Source: FCB group bacterium
GTDB taxonomy: Bacteria; Zixibacteria; MSB-5A5; GN15; JAAZOE01
DNA: 64,000 bases
NCBI GenBank assembly: GCA_024231695.1
Contig: JAAEQF010000118.1
Coordinates: forward strand, 1,086-65,085
Direction of reading: 5' to 3'
Notes under the pieces: model-generated
Databases searched by the model: none
The model's input: the letters and a program-made list of their open reading frames with translations, nothing else
What the model was told of the DNA's origin: nothing
Program-made: the position numbers and the translations under genes
Shown: positions 10,122 through 18,600 of the stretch, piece after piece
Layout of the letters: each line of letters starts with the position of its first letter
Numbering within the stretch: position 1 is the stretch's first letter

Positions 10122-10397
10122 TTACCGTATACTGAAATCTGTGAAGTTCTGAGGAGAGGGCATCTCTTCCAATTCGACGCCTGAAACTGAGGCGTAACTG
10201 GAACCAACGCGGATGATTTTAATCATGTCGTCGATGAGGCCTTTGGCACCGCAGGCTATTATTTCGACCTGCCCGGTGGGCAGGTTTTTGACGGACCCGG
10301 TCAGACCGAGTTTCTTCGCTTCTCGAAAAGTAAAGTAGCGGAAGCCAACGCCCTGCACCAATCCGCTGACTATTATACGAACTGCTTCATTTGCCAT
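10122..10397 (-). CDS. acyP: Acylphosphatase
   Basis: 91 aa with the VSGLVQGVGFRYF signature. Confidence 0.85.
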   Translation of the reverse strand: MANEAVRIIVSGLVQGVGFRYFTFREAKKLGLTGSVKNLPTGQVEIIACGAKGLIDDMIKIIRVGSSYASVSGVELEEMPSPQNFTDFSIR

Positions 10398-10905
10398 CGC
10401 GTACGAGTTCTATGGCCTTTTTAACTGCCTCCTCGGGATTGGAGGCGTGACAAACTTCGGGAAAAACATCCCATGTGACCAGTGAGACAACCGGTTTTTT
10501 CATTTTCAAGGCGAAAGCCATTTCGGAGATCGTTCCGAATTTGCCATGCAGTGAAATGAGAACATCGGCCGATTGAACGAGGATGACATTGCGGGCCTCG
10601 CCCACTCCGGTCGGAATTACGATATCGCAATAAGGGTTGGCCTTGGCGCGTTCGTTTCCGGGAATAATTCCTACGGTGCGTCCGCCGGCTTCGGAAGCTC
10701 CCTTGGCGGCCGCTTCCATAACGCCCTTCAGTCCGCCGCAAACCAACACCGCTTTTTCTTCGGCAATGGCCACGCCGACGGCATAGGCCTGATCCTTAAG
10801 TTTCTTGGCGCATTTTCCAGCCCCTATAACCCCAATATAAACGGTTTCTTTCGATCCCATGTTCCCCTCAAAACTCGCCCCTGGGTGATGTACAGCCATT
10901 GTCAT
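10387..10905 (-). CDS. TIGR00725/LOG-like (Rossmann, lysine-decarboxylase-like) family protein
   Basis: IGVIGAG...VLVCGGLKGVMEAAAKGASEAGGRTVGIIPG pattern. Confidence 0.7.
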   Translation of the reverse strand: MTMAVHHPGASFEGNMGSKETVYIGVIGAGKCAKKLKDQAYAVGVAIAEEKAVLVCGGLKGVMEAAAKGASEAGGRTVGIIPGNERAKANPYCDIVIPTGVGEARNVILVQSADVLISLHGKFGTISEMAFALKMKKPVVSLVTWDVFPEVCHASNPEEAVKKAIELVRDGK

Positions 10906-10917
10906 GAAGTCAATTAA

Positions 10918-10991
10918 TCGGGGCGACTGGATTTGAACCAGCGACTTCTTAGTCCCGAACCAAGCGCGCTACCAACCTGCGCTACGCCCCG
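10918..10991 (-). tRNA. tRNA-Pro (anticodon CGG)
   Basis: Hand-folded cloverleaf, 74 nt, no encoded CCA: CGGGGCG-TA-GCGC-AGGTTGGTA-GCGC-G-CTTGG-TTCGGGA-CTAAG-AAGTC-GCTGG-TTCAAAT-CCAGT-CGCCCCG-A. Confidence 0.9.
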
Positions 10992-11051
10992 ATTTAAGGC
11001 TAATAAAATATACCAATTGATAGATTTGTCAAGCATTCATTTTATCGGTTT

Positions 11052-11804
11052 TCAGCGGGGAAGCTTTATTTTTGCCGAGATCAGTCGATCTAGGACGCCG
11101 CCATCGGTGAAATGCAGATGGATCGGCGTAATCGATACCTTCCCGGAATGGATGGCATTGATATCCGATCCCTTCTTTTTTTCCCACACCGGGCTACCGG
11201 CAATCCAAAAATACTTCAATCCCCTCGGATCGGTTCTCTCGATAATTAGATCATCATATTTACGACTACCCAGAAAGGTAAAACTAAAATCTTTGAAGCC
11301 GTCTTTGACCTTGCCTGGAAAATTTATATTCAGGATTGTGGATGATGTCAAATTGAGATCGGGATAGATTTTGAGAAAACGGCTGACAAAGCGAGCCGCC
11401 CCTTTGAAATCGGCACCGTTGGAATCGGTCATAGATAGGGCAATTGAGGGGATTTCAAGCTGTGCCCCTTCAATCGCGGCCGCCACCGTACCGGAATAAA
11501 GAATGTCCTCGCCCATATTGGGGCCATGATTTATCCCCGAGATAATCATATCGGGTTTCTTGTTTTTCAGAAATTTCAGTACGGCCAAAAGAATCGAATC
11601 GGTTGGAGTGCCGTCGCAGGAATAGTAGTTAGGCTCATGCTTGAACAGGCGTAAGGGACGGGTCAGGGTCAACGAATGGCTGGTGGCCGATTGTTCCCGA
11701 TCCGGAGCGACCAACAGGACATCATGGTGACGGCTCAGTTCTTTGCGCAGAATATTTATGCCCTCGGCATGAATGCCGTCGTCATTGGTTATCAGAATTT
11801 TCAT
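11052..11804 (-). CDS. surE: 5'/3'-nucleotidase SurE
   Basis: MKILITNDDGIHAEGI N-terminus and GINHGPNMG motif. Confidence 0.9.
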   Translation of the reverse strand: MKILITNDDGIHAEGINILRKELSRHHDVLLVAPDREQSATSHSLTLTRPLRLFKHEPNYYSCDGTPTDSILLAVLKFLKNKKPDMIISGINHGPNMGEDILYSGTVAAAIEGAQLEIPSIALSMTDSNGADFKGAARFVSRFLKIYPDLNLTSSTILNINFPGKVKDGFKDFSFTFLGSRKYDDLIIERTDPRGLKYFWIAGSPVWEKKKGSDINAIHSGKVSITPIHLHFTDGGVLDRLISAKIKLPR

Positions 11805-11844
11805 ATCATTATATACTCATCAACGGGGTTAACGATTAATTTTT

Positions 11845-12513
11845 CTAATACCACAATCTTCTCCATATCTGGCGGATAAAACGGGTAGTGTCTTTGAATG
11901 GGTTAATAAACGAATGCGAACCCTCGTAAACAGTCGGAATGGCAACTTCCCCGGCGGTATGCCCAAGATAACCGGTTTGAAAAAGCATTTCGCTTTCGGT
12001 GTCGTAGCGGTCAGCAGTAAGCCGTAAATTGCGCAGGACGGATGTTTTTATCATCCGATAGCCGGATTGGGAATCGCGGATACGCATGGACCCGAATATG
12101 GAAATAATCAGCGAGGTCAAGTTGTTGGTCAATTGTCTTTCCAGCGGCATACGGCGGGTTTTTATATTACGAGTGCCGATGATCAGGTCGGCTGAGGTAA
12201 ATTGCTCTCGAAAGACATTCAAACGTTCGGGAATGTGTTGGAGATCGGCGTCGATGGTGATAACGGCATCGTATCCGTTTTGCAGGGCAACGGTGAAACC
12301 AACCTTAAGCGCGGCTCCTTTCCCCCGGTTTTCCGGGAAGGATATCTTGCGGCAATCCATACTCTGTATTATTTCCTCGGTATTGTCGGATGAGCCGTCA
12401 TTGATAATGAGGATATCTTCGATTGAAGCATATGGTGTAATCCGCTGAATCAATTCGACGAGATATTTGGCGGCGTTATAGGCCGGGATTATAATCAGAA
12501 TTTTCGGATTCAT
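11845..12513 (-). CDS. Glycosyltransferase family 2
   Basis: IIIPAYNAAKYL...INDGSSDNT...TIDADLQH (DxD-like) pattern. Confidence 0.8.
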   Translation of the reverse strand: MNPKILIIIPAYNAAKYLVELIQRITPYASIEDILIINDGSSDNTEEIIQSMDCRKISFPENRGKGAALKVGFTVALQNGYDAVITIDADLQHIPERLNVFREQFTSADLIIGTRNIKTRRMPLERQLTNNLTSLIISIFGSMRIRDSQSGYRMIKTSVLRNLRLTADRYDTESEMLFQTGYLGHTAGEVAIPTVYEGSHSFINPFKDTTRFIRQIWRRLWY

Positions 12514-12537
12514 TTATTCCCCGGAGGATAATTATGG

Positions 12538-12612
12538 TCGGGGCGAGCCGATTTGAACGGCCGACCTCTCGCACCCCAAGCGAGTGCGCTAACCTGGCTG
12601 CGCCACGCCCCG
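12538..12612 (-). tRNA. tRNA-Pro (anticodon GGG)
   Basis: Hand-folded cloverleaf, 75 nt: CGGGGCG-TG-GCGC-AGCCAGGTTA-GCGC-A-CTCGC-TTGGGGT-GCGAG-AGGTC-GGCCG-TTCAAAT-CGGCT-CGCCCCG-A. Confidence 0.9.
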
Positions 12613-12638
12613 ACAGATCAGACAAAATGGCGAAATAT

Positions 12639-13004
12639 TCAAAAAAGGCAAGGGAAAAGTTTGAGTATATCCTTTAATTCCTTCCTGATTTCACCCAAGA
12701 CAGTCTGAGAGCGGGCTTTGAGCACCAGTTTTTTCTTTTCCGGCGAGGATCCCAGTCGGCGCAGGATTTTGCGAGCTCCGGCAATAGTATAGTTTTCCTC
12801 ATAAAGCAATTGCTTTATCTGATTAATCAGTTCGATATCGCGCTTCTGATAATGCCGGTTTCCGCCCTTATTCTTTTTGGGGCGGAGCATGGGGAATTCC
12901 TTTTCCCAAAAACGCAGGACATACGCTTCCAGGTCGGTTATTCGGGCCACCTCGCTGATAGAATAATATAGTTTTTCATCGGTACGCACCTTAGCCTTTG
13001 CCAT
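12639..13004 (-). CDS. MerR family transcriptional regulator
   Basis: N-terminal HTH YSISEVARITDLEAYVLRFWEKEF. Confidence 0.8.
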   Translation of the reverse strand: MAKAKVRTDEKLYYSISEVARITDLEAYVLRFWEKEFPMLRPKKNKGGNRHYQKRDIELINQIKQLLYEENYTIAGARKILRRLGSSPEKKKLVLKARSQTVLGEIRKELKDILKLFPCLF

Positions 13005-13041
13005 CTACGCCTCCATGAATAAAATATATAATCATTGCCCG

Positions 13042-14049
13042 TTATTGCCTTGCTTCGGCCTTTAGCGGCCGGGTCATCAGTTTGTTCACTGCCTCGCGGG
13101 CCGGAAGATTCTCAAAAAGAACCCTGCAAACCGCGCGAGTTATCGGCATATCCACTTTGTGTCGATCGGCCAGCTCGCGCGCCGACCGGCAGGTGGTCAC
13201 TCCCTCGGCCACCATAACCATCCCGGCCAAAACCTGGTCCAGTGTTTGTCCCTGCCCGATGTGATATCCGACATATTGGTTACGGGAATGGCGAGAAATA
13301 CAAGTGGCGATCAAATCACCCACGCCCGAGAGACCGACCAGAGTCTCCGGATCGGCCCCCATGACCTGAGCCAAACGACTGATTTCCACTAACCCCCGGG
13401 TGATCAAAGCACCCTGAGTATTATCGCCGAAACCCAACCCCTGAGCTATACCGGCGGCGATGGCGATAACGTTTTTCAAAGCCCCGGCCAGTTCCACGCC
13501 GATCAGGTCGGTACTGCGATAGACCCGGAAAACAGGGTTGCTGTATATTTCCTGGGCCTTGCGTGATTTGGTCTCAGCTCCGGCGACCACAACCGTAGTC
13601 GGCAGGTGACGAGCCACCTCTTCGGCATGAGACGGTCCTGATAAAGTGACAATTGATTCACTATCAATACCGGCCCAGTCGTCGGCGATTATTTGCGAGA
13701 CACGCCTAAGTGTTCCCTGTTCGATACCCTTACTCAGATTGACAATCAAATCGGGCCGGCCGCCGGAATTTGCCAGTTGGCGGCAGACACCAGATGTTTT
13801 TTGTGTCGGCACGGCAAAAATGACAATATCCGCGCCCGCGACCGCTTCGGCCAGATCACCGGTCAACGAAATGGATTCGTTGATCGGTATCTCCGGAAGC
13901 TTGTCCGGATGTTCACGTTTTTCTTTTATCAGGGCCAGTTCGTCGGGATCGAATTCCCACATGAGTATATCGGCACCGTTTTCCGCCAGCAGGTTGGCGT
14001 TGGCAATCCCCCATGATCCGGCGCCCAATATTGTAATTCTATCGCTCAC
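13042..14049 (-). CDS. gpsA: NAD(P)H-dependent glycerol-3-phosphate dehydrogenase
   Basis: ILGAGSWG dinucleotide fold, GLKNVIAIAAG, overall GpsA layout. Overlaps plsY by 4 nt. Confidence 0.9.
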   Translation of the reverse strand: MSDRITILGAGSWGIANANLLAENGADILMWEFDPDELALIKEKREHPDKLPEIPINESISLTGDLAEAVAGADIVIFAVPTQKTSGVCRQLANSGGRPDLIVNLSKGIEQGTLRRVSQIIADDWAGIDSESIVTLSGPSHAEEVARHLPTTVVVAGAETKSRKAQEIYSNPVFRVYRSTDLIGVELAGALKNVIAIAAGIAQGLGFGDNTQGALITRGLVEISRLAQVMGADPETLVGLSGVGDLIATCISRHSRNQYVGYHIGQGQTLDQVLAGMVMVAEGVTTCRSARELADRHKVDMPITRAVCRVLFENLPAREAVNKLMTRPLKAEARQ

Positions 14050-14681
14050 TGTGAAGCTTTCCTCAGTTGGAATCGGTTTTCGGTGCCGGAGGCAAGCCTT
14101 TTGATGTTCTGGCGATGTGTGTATAAAATGAAAGCCGCAATAATTGCCGAGACGACCAGAAACGAGCTTTCTATCGGCCAGCCCAGAACCAGCTTCTCGA
14201 CCCAGATTATCACCGCCAGAGTTACTGCGCCGACCATCGAACCGAGAGATATATAGCGAAACGCAAAAACTACAATCATGGAAACGCCAACGGCAATCAA
14301 GGTTTCAATAGGCATCAGGCTGATAAACACGCCCACGGCCGTATTGACCCCTTTGCCGCCGCGAAAGCCCAGATAAGGCGAATATGTATGTCCCAAAACG
14401 GCCAGAATTCCAGCTATCAGGGCAGCATTGGAAAGCGATACCGGCCATCCGGCCTGATAAAAAGATGAGGTTATAAGAACCGCCGCCGCCCCTTTGCCGA
14501 TATCTCCGACAAAGACGAACATCGCCGGTATCGGCCCGGCCAACCGCCAGACATTGGTGGCTCCGACATTGCCCGATCCTTTCCTGCGGATATCTCCCTG
14601 CCCGGCCAGATAGCCAACAATCAGGGCAAAAGGGACACCGCCCATGAGGTAGGCGATGAAAAGGTAAAGATAGAAACTCAT
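14046..14681 (-). CDS. plsY: Glycerol-3-phosphate acyltransferase PlsY
   Basis: GSGNVGATN motif in a polytopic membrane protein of 211 aa. Confidence 0.9.
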   Translation of the reverse strand: MSFYLYLFIAYLMGGVPFALIVGYLAGQGDIRRKGSGNVGATNVWRLAGPIPAMFVFVGDIGKGAAAVLITSSFYQAGWPVSLSNAALIAGILAVLGHTYSPYLGFRGGKGVNTAVGVFISLMPIETLIAVGVSMIVVFAFRYISLGSMVGAVTLAVIIWVEKLVLGWPIESSFLVVSAIIAAFILYTHRQNIKRLASGTENRFQLRKASQ

Positions 14682-14703
14682 GCGTTCTTACCCGGTATGA
14701 CGG

Positions 14704-15003
14704 TCACTTAATTCGGGAATGCAAAATCCACTTGCCACCGGACATCGTCAGCCCCCGATCATGATACATTTCATATACGGCGCCGTCGGATGTTTCCACT
14801 CGAAAACAATTACGGTGACGGCGCATTCGCCAGGTCTTCCTTTTTGGCGCTCCGGCCGGAAAACCCCAATCCGGCCAAACCGCTATTATTTCACGTATGG
14901 CCAGATCGCGGCCGTTCCATCGGAACGACACCGGATCGCCATTATCTTCGCTTCGGACAACAGCAATCTCTTCAGATATAAACTGTGCCGTTTGGCTGCT
15001 CAT
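14704..15003 (-). CDS. Small basic hypothetical protein
   Basis: 99-aa ORF in an operon position upstream of plsY. No motif confidently recognised. Confidence 0.4.
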   Translation of the reverse strand: MSSQTAQFISEEIAVVRSEDNGDPVSFRWNGRDLAIREIIAVWPDWGFPAGAPKRKTWRMRRHRNCFRVETSDGAVYEMYHDRGLTMSGGKWILHSRIK

Positions 15004-15425
15004 TAGATACTATCGGGAACTGCCTGCAATGAGTCAGGAATATCCTCGACTTCGGGAAGGATCGGTTCCTGCCCGAGAGCTTCCTGAATCAATACCAGAA
15101 TATCAGCCCCTTCCTCCTTGTCGATTGTTTTATCGGCCATAGCATTCTGGAATGTCTGGGCCATCTCCTGGATATCCGGAGCGGCTACTTCTTTATTTTT
15201 GATGGCCGCCTTGAGATCACTCATTATCGTGCGAACGTTGTCTTCGGTGTATCCTTCGGGAAGATTGGCGACTATTTCGGTTTCGGTGTTGTCGATCAGA
15301 AAGTCAGTACCCGCTTCCAGAATTTTGTCCTTGTTAACCCAGAGTAAAACGCCGCCAATAATTATCAGCAAAACGACAACCCCGGCAATAATCAAGCCGA
15401 TAGTACATCCTTTGGACAAAGCCAT
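15003..15425 (-). CDS. Membrane-anchored acidic hypothetical protein
   Basis: Single N-terminal TM (GLIIAGVVVLLIIIGGVLLWV) followed by an acidic helical tail. Confidence 0.4.
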   Translation of the reverse strand: MALSKGCTIGLIIAGVVVLLIIIGGVLLWVNKDKILEAGTDFLIDNTETEIVANLPEGYTEDNVRTIMSDLKAAIKNKEVAAPDIQEMAQTFQNAMADKTIDKEEGADILVLIQEALGQEPILPEVEDIPDSLQAVPDSI

Positions 15426-15713
15426 AACGCCTCCATGCCTTTAAATATTAATTTAAATGCAGAACCCCTCTATTCCGTAACCCACGGCAGGCTTGCGCGT
15501 TCGCGCAACATATTGATGGGCTTCTTTAGACAAGATAATAAACGATCGGAAATATGGCAAATGTTTTTTTGAGCGGATGTGTGATTACATTGCCGGATCG
15601 GAATTTTCTGAGTGCGAATTACCCGACTTCACCGATTCTACTTTGGGGATAAAAAGGGTTGTTTGACCAATACCACGGGCATATATTTATATAGACTTAG
15701 GATTACCAAATAT

Positions 15714-16733
15714 ATGGCTCATATGAATCGCCTTTGCAAAATATCAATCATTATAGTCATCTTTCTATCGATATCCGGTTGCGGTACCGCTCATTACTTC
15801 ATTCCACCAGAACCTCTTGAAAAAGGCCAGTGGCAAATATCAGTGGTATGGCATTATGATCTGGCTCGCCTACAAGTACCAAGATCTATGCTTTTTCCAG
15901 ATATCAATGCCTGGGTTGGTGCCGGGCAGGAAACAAATTTCGGCTTTGGCAGCTCCTTCTTAGGACCAAGCCACATCTCAGCGGCTCGCTATTATTCCGA
16001 TGATTCAAATCGAAATTGGATCGCTTATGGCAATCTTCAACCATTTAGTCTGAATAATAACCCGCTTATTGAGGTCGGCGCGGCATATTCTTTTGGACGT
16101 TCCTCGACTAAGCATATGCTTTTCATCGGGGCTGGAATAGGATCGAAAATGGCCTGGCCGGGCTTTTCAAACGCCTATGAATCTCGCTTTGGCCCATCAG
16201 AATATACGCCATTTTATATTCTTCGGTATTCGATTACCGGCAGAACAATCGGGTTCTCTTGGGTTCATTACCATGGCTTAACAAAGAAACTTGTTCGGAA
16301 CTCATTTCCCGGAATCGATGCTCCATCGGATACTGTATACACCTCTACAAATGTGGACTCTGTTACTATTTCCAATTGGGGTCAGTCAAGATTTCCAAAA
16401 AATATATTACTCGCAATTTGGGTAAAACCCCCGGGAGCAATAAACTTCTGCGCAAACCCGTATACCGATGCATTCTATGATCCTAATATTGAAATGTCAT
16501 CATGGTTTGACGGTAGATTCGCCTTTGCCAGAGAATGCGGCTACACCACTTGGGACACCTATTGGGCGAGTTCATTCGTAATTGACATGAAAGAACTTGC
16601 TGATACTCAAAATAGACATGGAGGCGTCACAATACTCAGATATCCAAAGGCTCTTAAGGAAATGATTGATAAAATAAGCTGGTTGAAAAATGACCATGCA
16701 TTTGGATTTGCCATTTTTTCGCATCCCAGATAA
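15714..16733 (+). CDS. Hypothetical lipoprotein
   Basis: Start at the internal ATG. MAHMNRLCKISIIIVIFLSISGCG has a lipobox. The rest is aromatic/Gly-rich with no family recognised. Confidence 0.5.
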   Translation: MAHMNRLCKISIIIVIFLSISGCGTAHYFIPPEPLEKGQWQISVVWHYDLARLQVPRSMLFPDINAWVGAGQETNFGFGSSFLGPSHISAARYYSDDSNRNWIAYGNLQPFSLNNNPLIEVGAAYSFGRSSTKHMLFIGAGIGSKMAWPGFSNAYESRFGPSEYTPFYILRYSITGRTIGFSWVHYHGLTKKLVRNSFPGIDAPSDTVYTSTNVDSVTISNWGQSRFPKNILLAIWVKPPGAINFCANPYTDAFYDPNIEMSSWFDGRFAFARECGYTTWDTYWASSFVIDMKELADTQNRHGGVTILRYPKALKEMIDKISWLKNDHAFGFAIFSHPR

Positions 16734-16771
16734 GCCCGACCCAACAAGCCAGGTTTAGCATCGTCTGGTCC

Positions 16772-16807
16772 AAAAATGTGATGGCGTATCGGCTCACAAA
16801 TCACTTT
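16772..16807 (+). repeat. 36-nt imperfect direct repeat, copy A
   Basis: AAAAATGTGATGGCGTATCGGCTCACAAATCACTTT matches copy B at 32 of 36 positions. Lies 39 nt after the stop at 16733. Confidence 0.7.
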
Positions 16808-16915
16808 TATAGATATATAACCAATTTGGCAGCAAAAGGTCATCGTCGAGTGTACATTGCATTAAACGTCGTCTTTTCGCTTGACAATGGCGATTATTCT
16901 GAATAGGTATTATAT

Positions 16916-17716
16916 ATGAACTGGATGCAGATTGTGGCCTTTGTGATAATAGTGCTGGCCTTGGTCTCCCATGGTTTCTCTCCTAACATATTCATGCTGG
17001 ACAAATACTCTATATGCCTCCTATTTCTTTTAGCAATCCCGCTTCTTACTCCATATCTGAAAAAAGCAAAATGGTTTGGTGCAGAGTTTGAGTTTCGAGA
17101 TGAAATAGAAAAGACGGCCAGTCTAATTGAAAAATCGGAAGAGGTGACAAAAGAATCGCGCCCCCTCCCATTCAGTACATTTTCCACCGAATCTGCCCGA
17201 CAAACACTGGATATTGATCCAAATCTTTCATTGGCTGCACTCAGAATTGATATTGAGCGAATTCTCTCACATGCAGTTTTGAGTTTTCTTGATATTACAA
17301 ATATTAGAACCCGATCACTTCGGGGATATATGCAATCATTAACGGCGGCCAAACTTATTAATCCCGATCAGGCTGGGGCGTTGTTGCATATTTCTCACAT
17401 GTGTAATAAGGCCGTTCATGGGCATGATGTAACCAGGAGTGAAGCCATAGAGATCATAGAGCTTACAGAAAGACTAAACCAAAGTTTCTCAATTGGCTAT
17501 TCTATTAATGTTGATAAGAACGACCAATATGCAGATCATGGATTAATCTGTGAATGGGAACACTGTATTGAGCACTTCCCTTTATTAGAGGAAGATGATA
17601 AAAATATTTCTTGCCAGATTTTCGGACATAATTGTCCGGGCGGTTCTGAGGTACGGATCCAGTGTATTCTAACAATGGCTGATTTTCCTCCCGACAGACA
17701 TATTTCTGAAGAATGA
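16916..17716 (+). CDS. Hypothetical membrane protein with DUF4145-like helical domain and Cys/His-rich C-terminus
   Basis: Two N-terminal TM helices. The segment ALRIDIERIL...LLHISHMCNKAVHG resembles DUF4145. C-terminal CEWEHC...CQIFGHNC...C. Confidence 0.45.
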   Translation: MNWMQIVAFVIIVLALVSHGFSPNIFMLDKYSICLLFLLAIPLLTPYLKKAKWFGAEFEFRDEIEKTASLIEKSEEVTKESRPLPFSTFSTESARQTLDIDPNLSLAALRIDIERILSHAVLSFLDITNIRTRSLRGYMQSLTAAKLINPDQAGALLHISHMCNKAVHGHDVTRSEAIEIIELTERLNQSFSIGYSINVDKNDQYADHGLICEWEHCIEHFPLLEEDDKNISCQIFGHNCPGGSEVRIQCILTMADFPPDRHISEE

Positions 17717-17742
17717 ACAATATACTAGTGCATCCGCTGTAA

Positions 17743-17778
17743 AAAAATGTGATGGCGTTTCGGTCCACAAATCGCTTT
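17743..17778 (+). repeat. 36-nt imperfect direct repeat, copy B
   Basis: AAAAATGTGATGGCGTTTCGGTCCACAAATCGCTTT. Lies 27 nt after the stop at 17716 and upstream of the RBS of the next gene. Confidence 0.7.
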
Positions 17779-17829
17779 ATTTGGTTATCAGAGTCATCCC
17801 AAAACGTCAAATCTCTGTCGGAGGGGAAA

Positions 17830-18531
17830 ATGTTCGTCGATAAAGTCATCAGAGAATTCAAGAAAGTCGATAAGCCCGAAAATAAAATGAATATTCAGCG
17901 CTTCTTCAAAGAAAAACTGGACGATCCTTATATGCTCAAGTCAGCCGTATTCAAAAAGGTCTGTAAAGAGTGTTATAAAGAAATCAAGGACGAACCGCCC
18001 AAGAATATCCTCGATATCTGCAATCAACTGGTCGAAACCGGTGATAGATACCCGCGCGGAGCCGCAATGGTATGGTCCGGTAATCTCAAGGGCCAGTACC
18101 TGAAGTCGCATTTCAAGATGTTCGAATCATGGCTGACGGGAGTAACCAACTGGGGCGCCTGCGATGTGCTTTGCTGTGGTCCTTTGGGGAACATAATCGC
18201 TCAATACCCCGAGCTGGCACCCAAGACCAAGAAATGGATCAAATCGAAAAATCGCTGGTACCGCCGAGCTGCCGCGGTCAGTTTGATCAATGTCGTTAAA
18301 AGCCGTCAACTTCTCGATGAGGTTTTCGACGCGGCCGACCGTCTGCTAACCGATGAGGATGACATGGTTCAAAAAGGTTATGGCTGGATGCTCAAGGTCG
18401 CCAGCAACGAATACCCTGAGGAAGTTTTCAAATACGTGATGAAAAATAAAGTAAAAATGCCGCGCACTGCTCTGCGTTATGCCATAGAAAAACTCCCACA
18501 GGCCAAACGCAAGGAGGCGATGAAGAAATAA
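17830..18531 (+). CDS. DNA alkylation repair protein (AlkC/AlkD-like HEAT-repeat family)
   Basis: ATG at 17830 preceded by GGAGGGG. NIQRFFKEK..., WGACDVLC, KNRWYRRAAAVSLI are typical of the family as I recall it. Confidence 0.7.
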   Translation: MFVDKVIREFKKVDKPENKMNIQRFFKEKLDDPYMLKSAVFKKVCKECYKEIKDEPPKNILDICNQLVETGDRYPRGAAMVWSGNLKGQYLKSHFKMFESWLTGVTNWGACDVLCCGPLGNIIAQYPELAPKTKKWIKSKNRWYRRAAAVSLINVVKSRQLLDEVFDAADRLLTDEDDMVQKGYGWMLKVASNEYPEEVFKYVMKNKVKMPRTALRYAIEKLPQAKRKEAMKK

Positions 18532-18600
18532 AAGCGTTGATCTCCGGTGGAAATATCTTTAGCTTGGATTAAACCGGCATCTGATGTACAGGGGATCATT

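Noticed and set aside
10933-11367. 144-aa plus-strand ORF.
   Set aside because: It starts inside the tRNA-Pro gene and runs antisense to surE. It is spurious.
16778-16799. TGTGA-N12-TCACA inside repeat copy A as a CRP site.
   Set aside because: CRP sites have N6 spacing. The second half-site is degenerate (CCACA) in copy B.
16881-16913. A sigma-70 promoter for 16916..17716, based on a perfect TTGACA at 16881-16886.
   Set aside because: At 17-nt spacing the -10 would be TAGGTA, which is poor. The good TATTAT lies 21 nt away. I judged this too weak to annotate.
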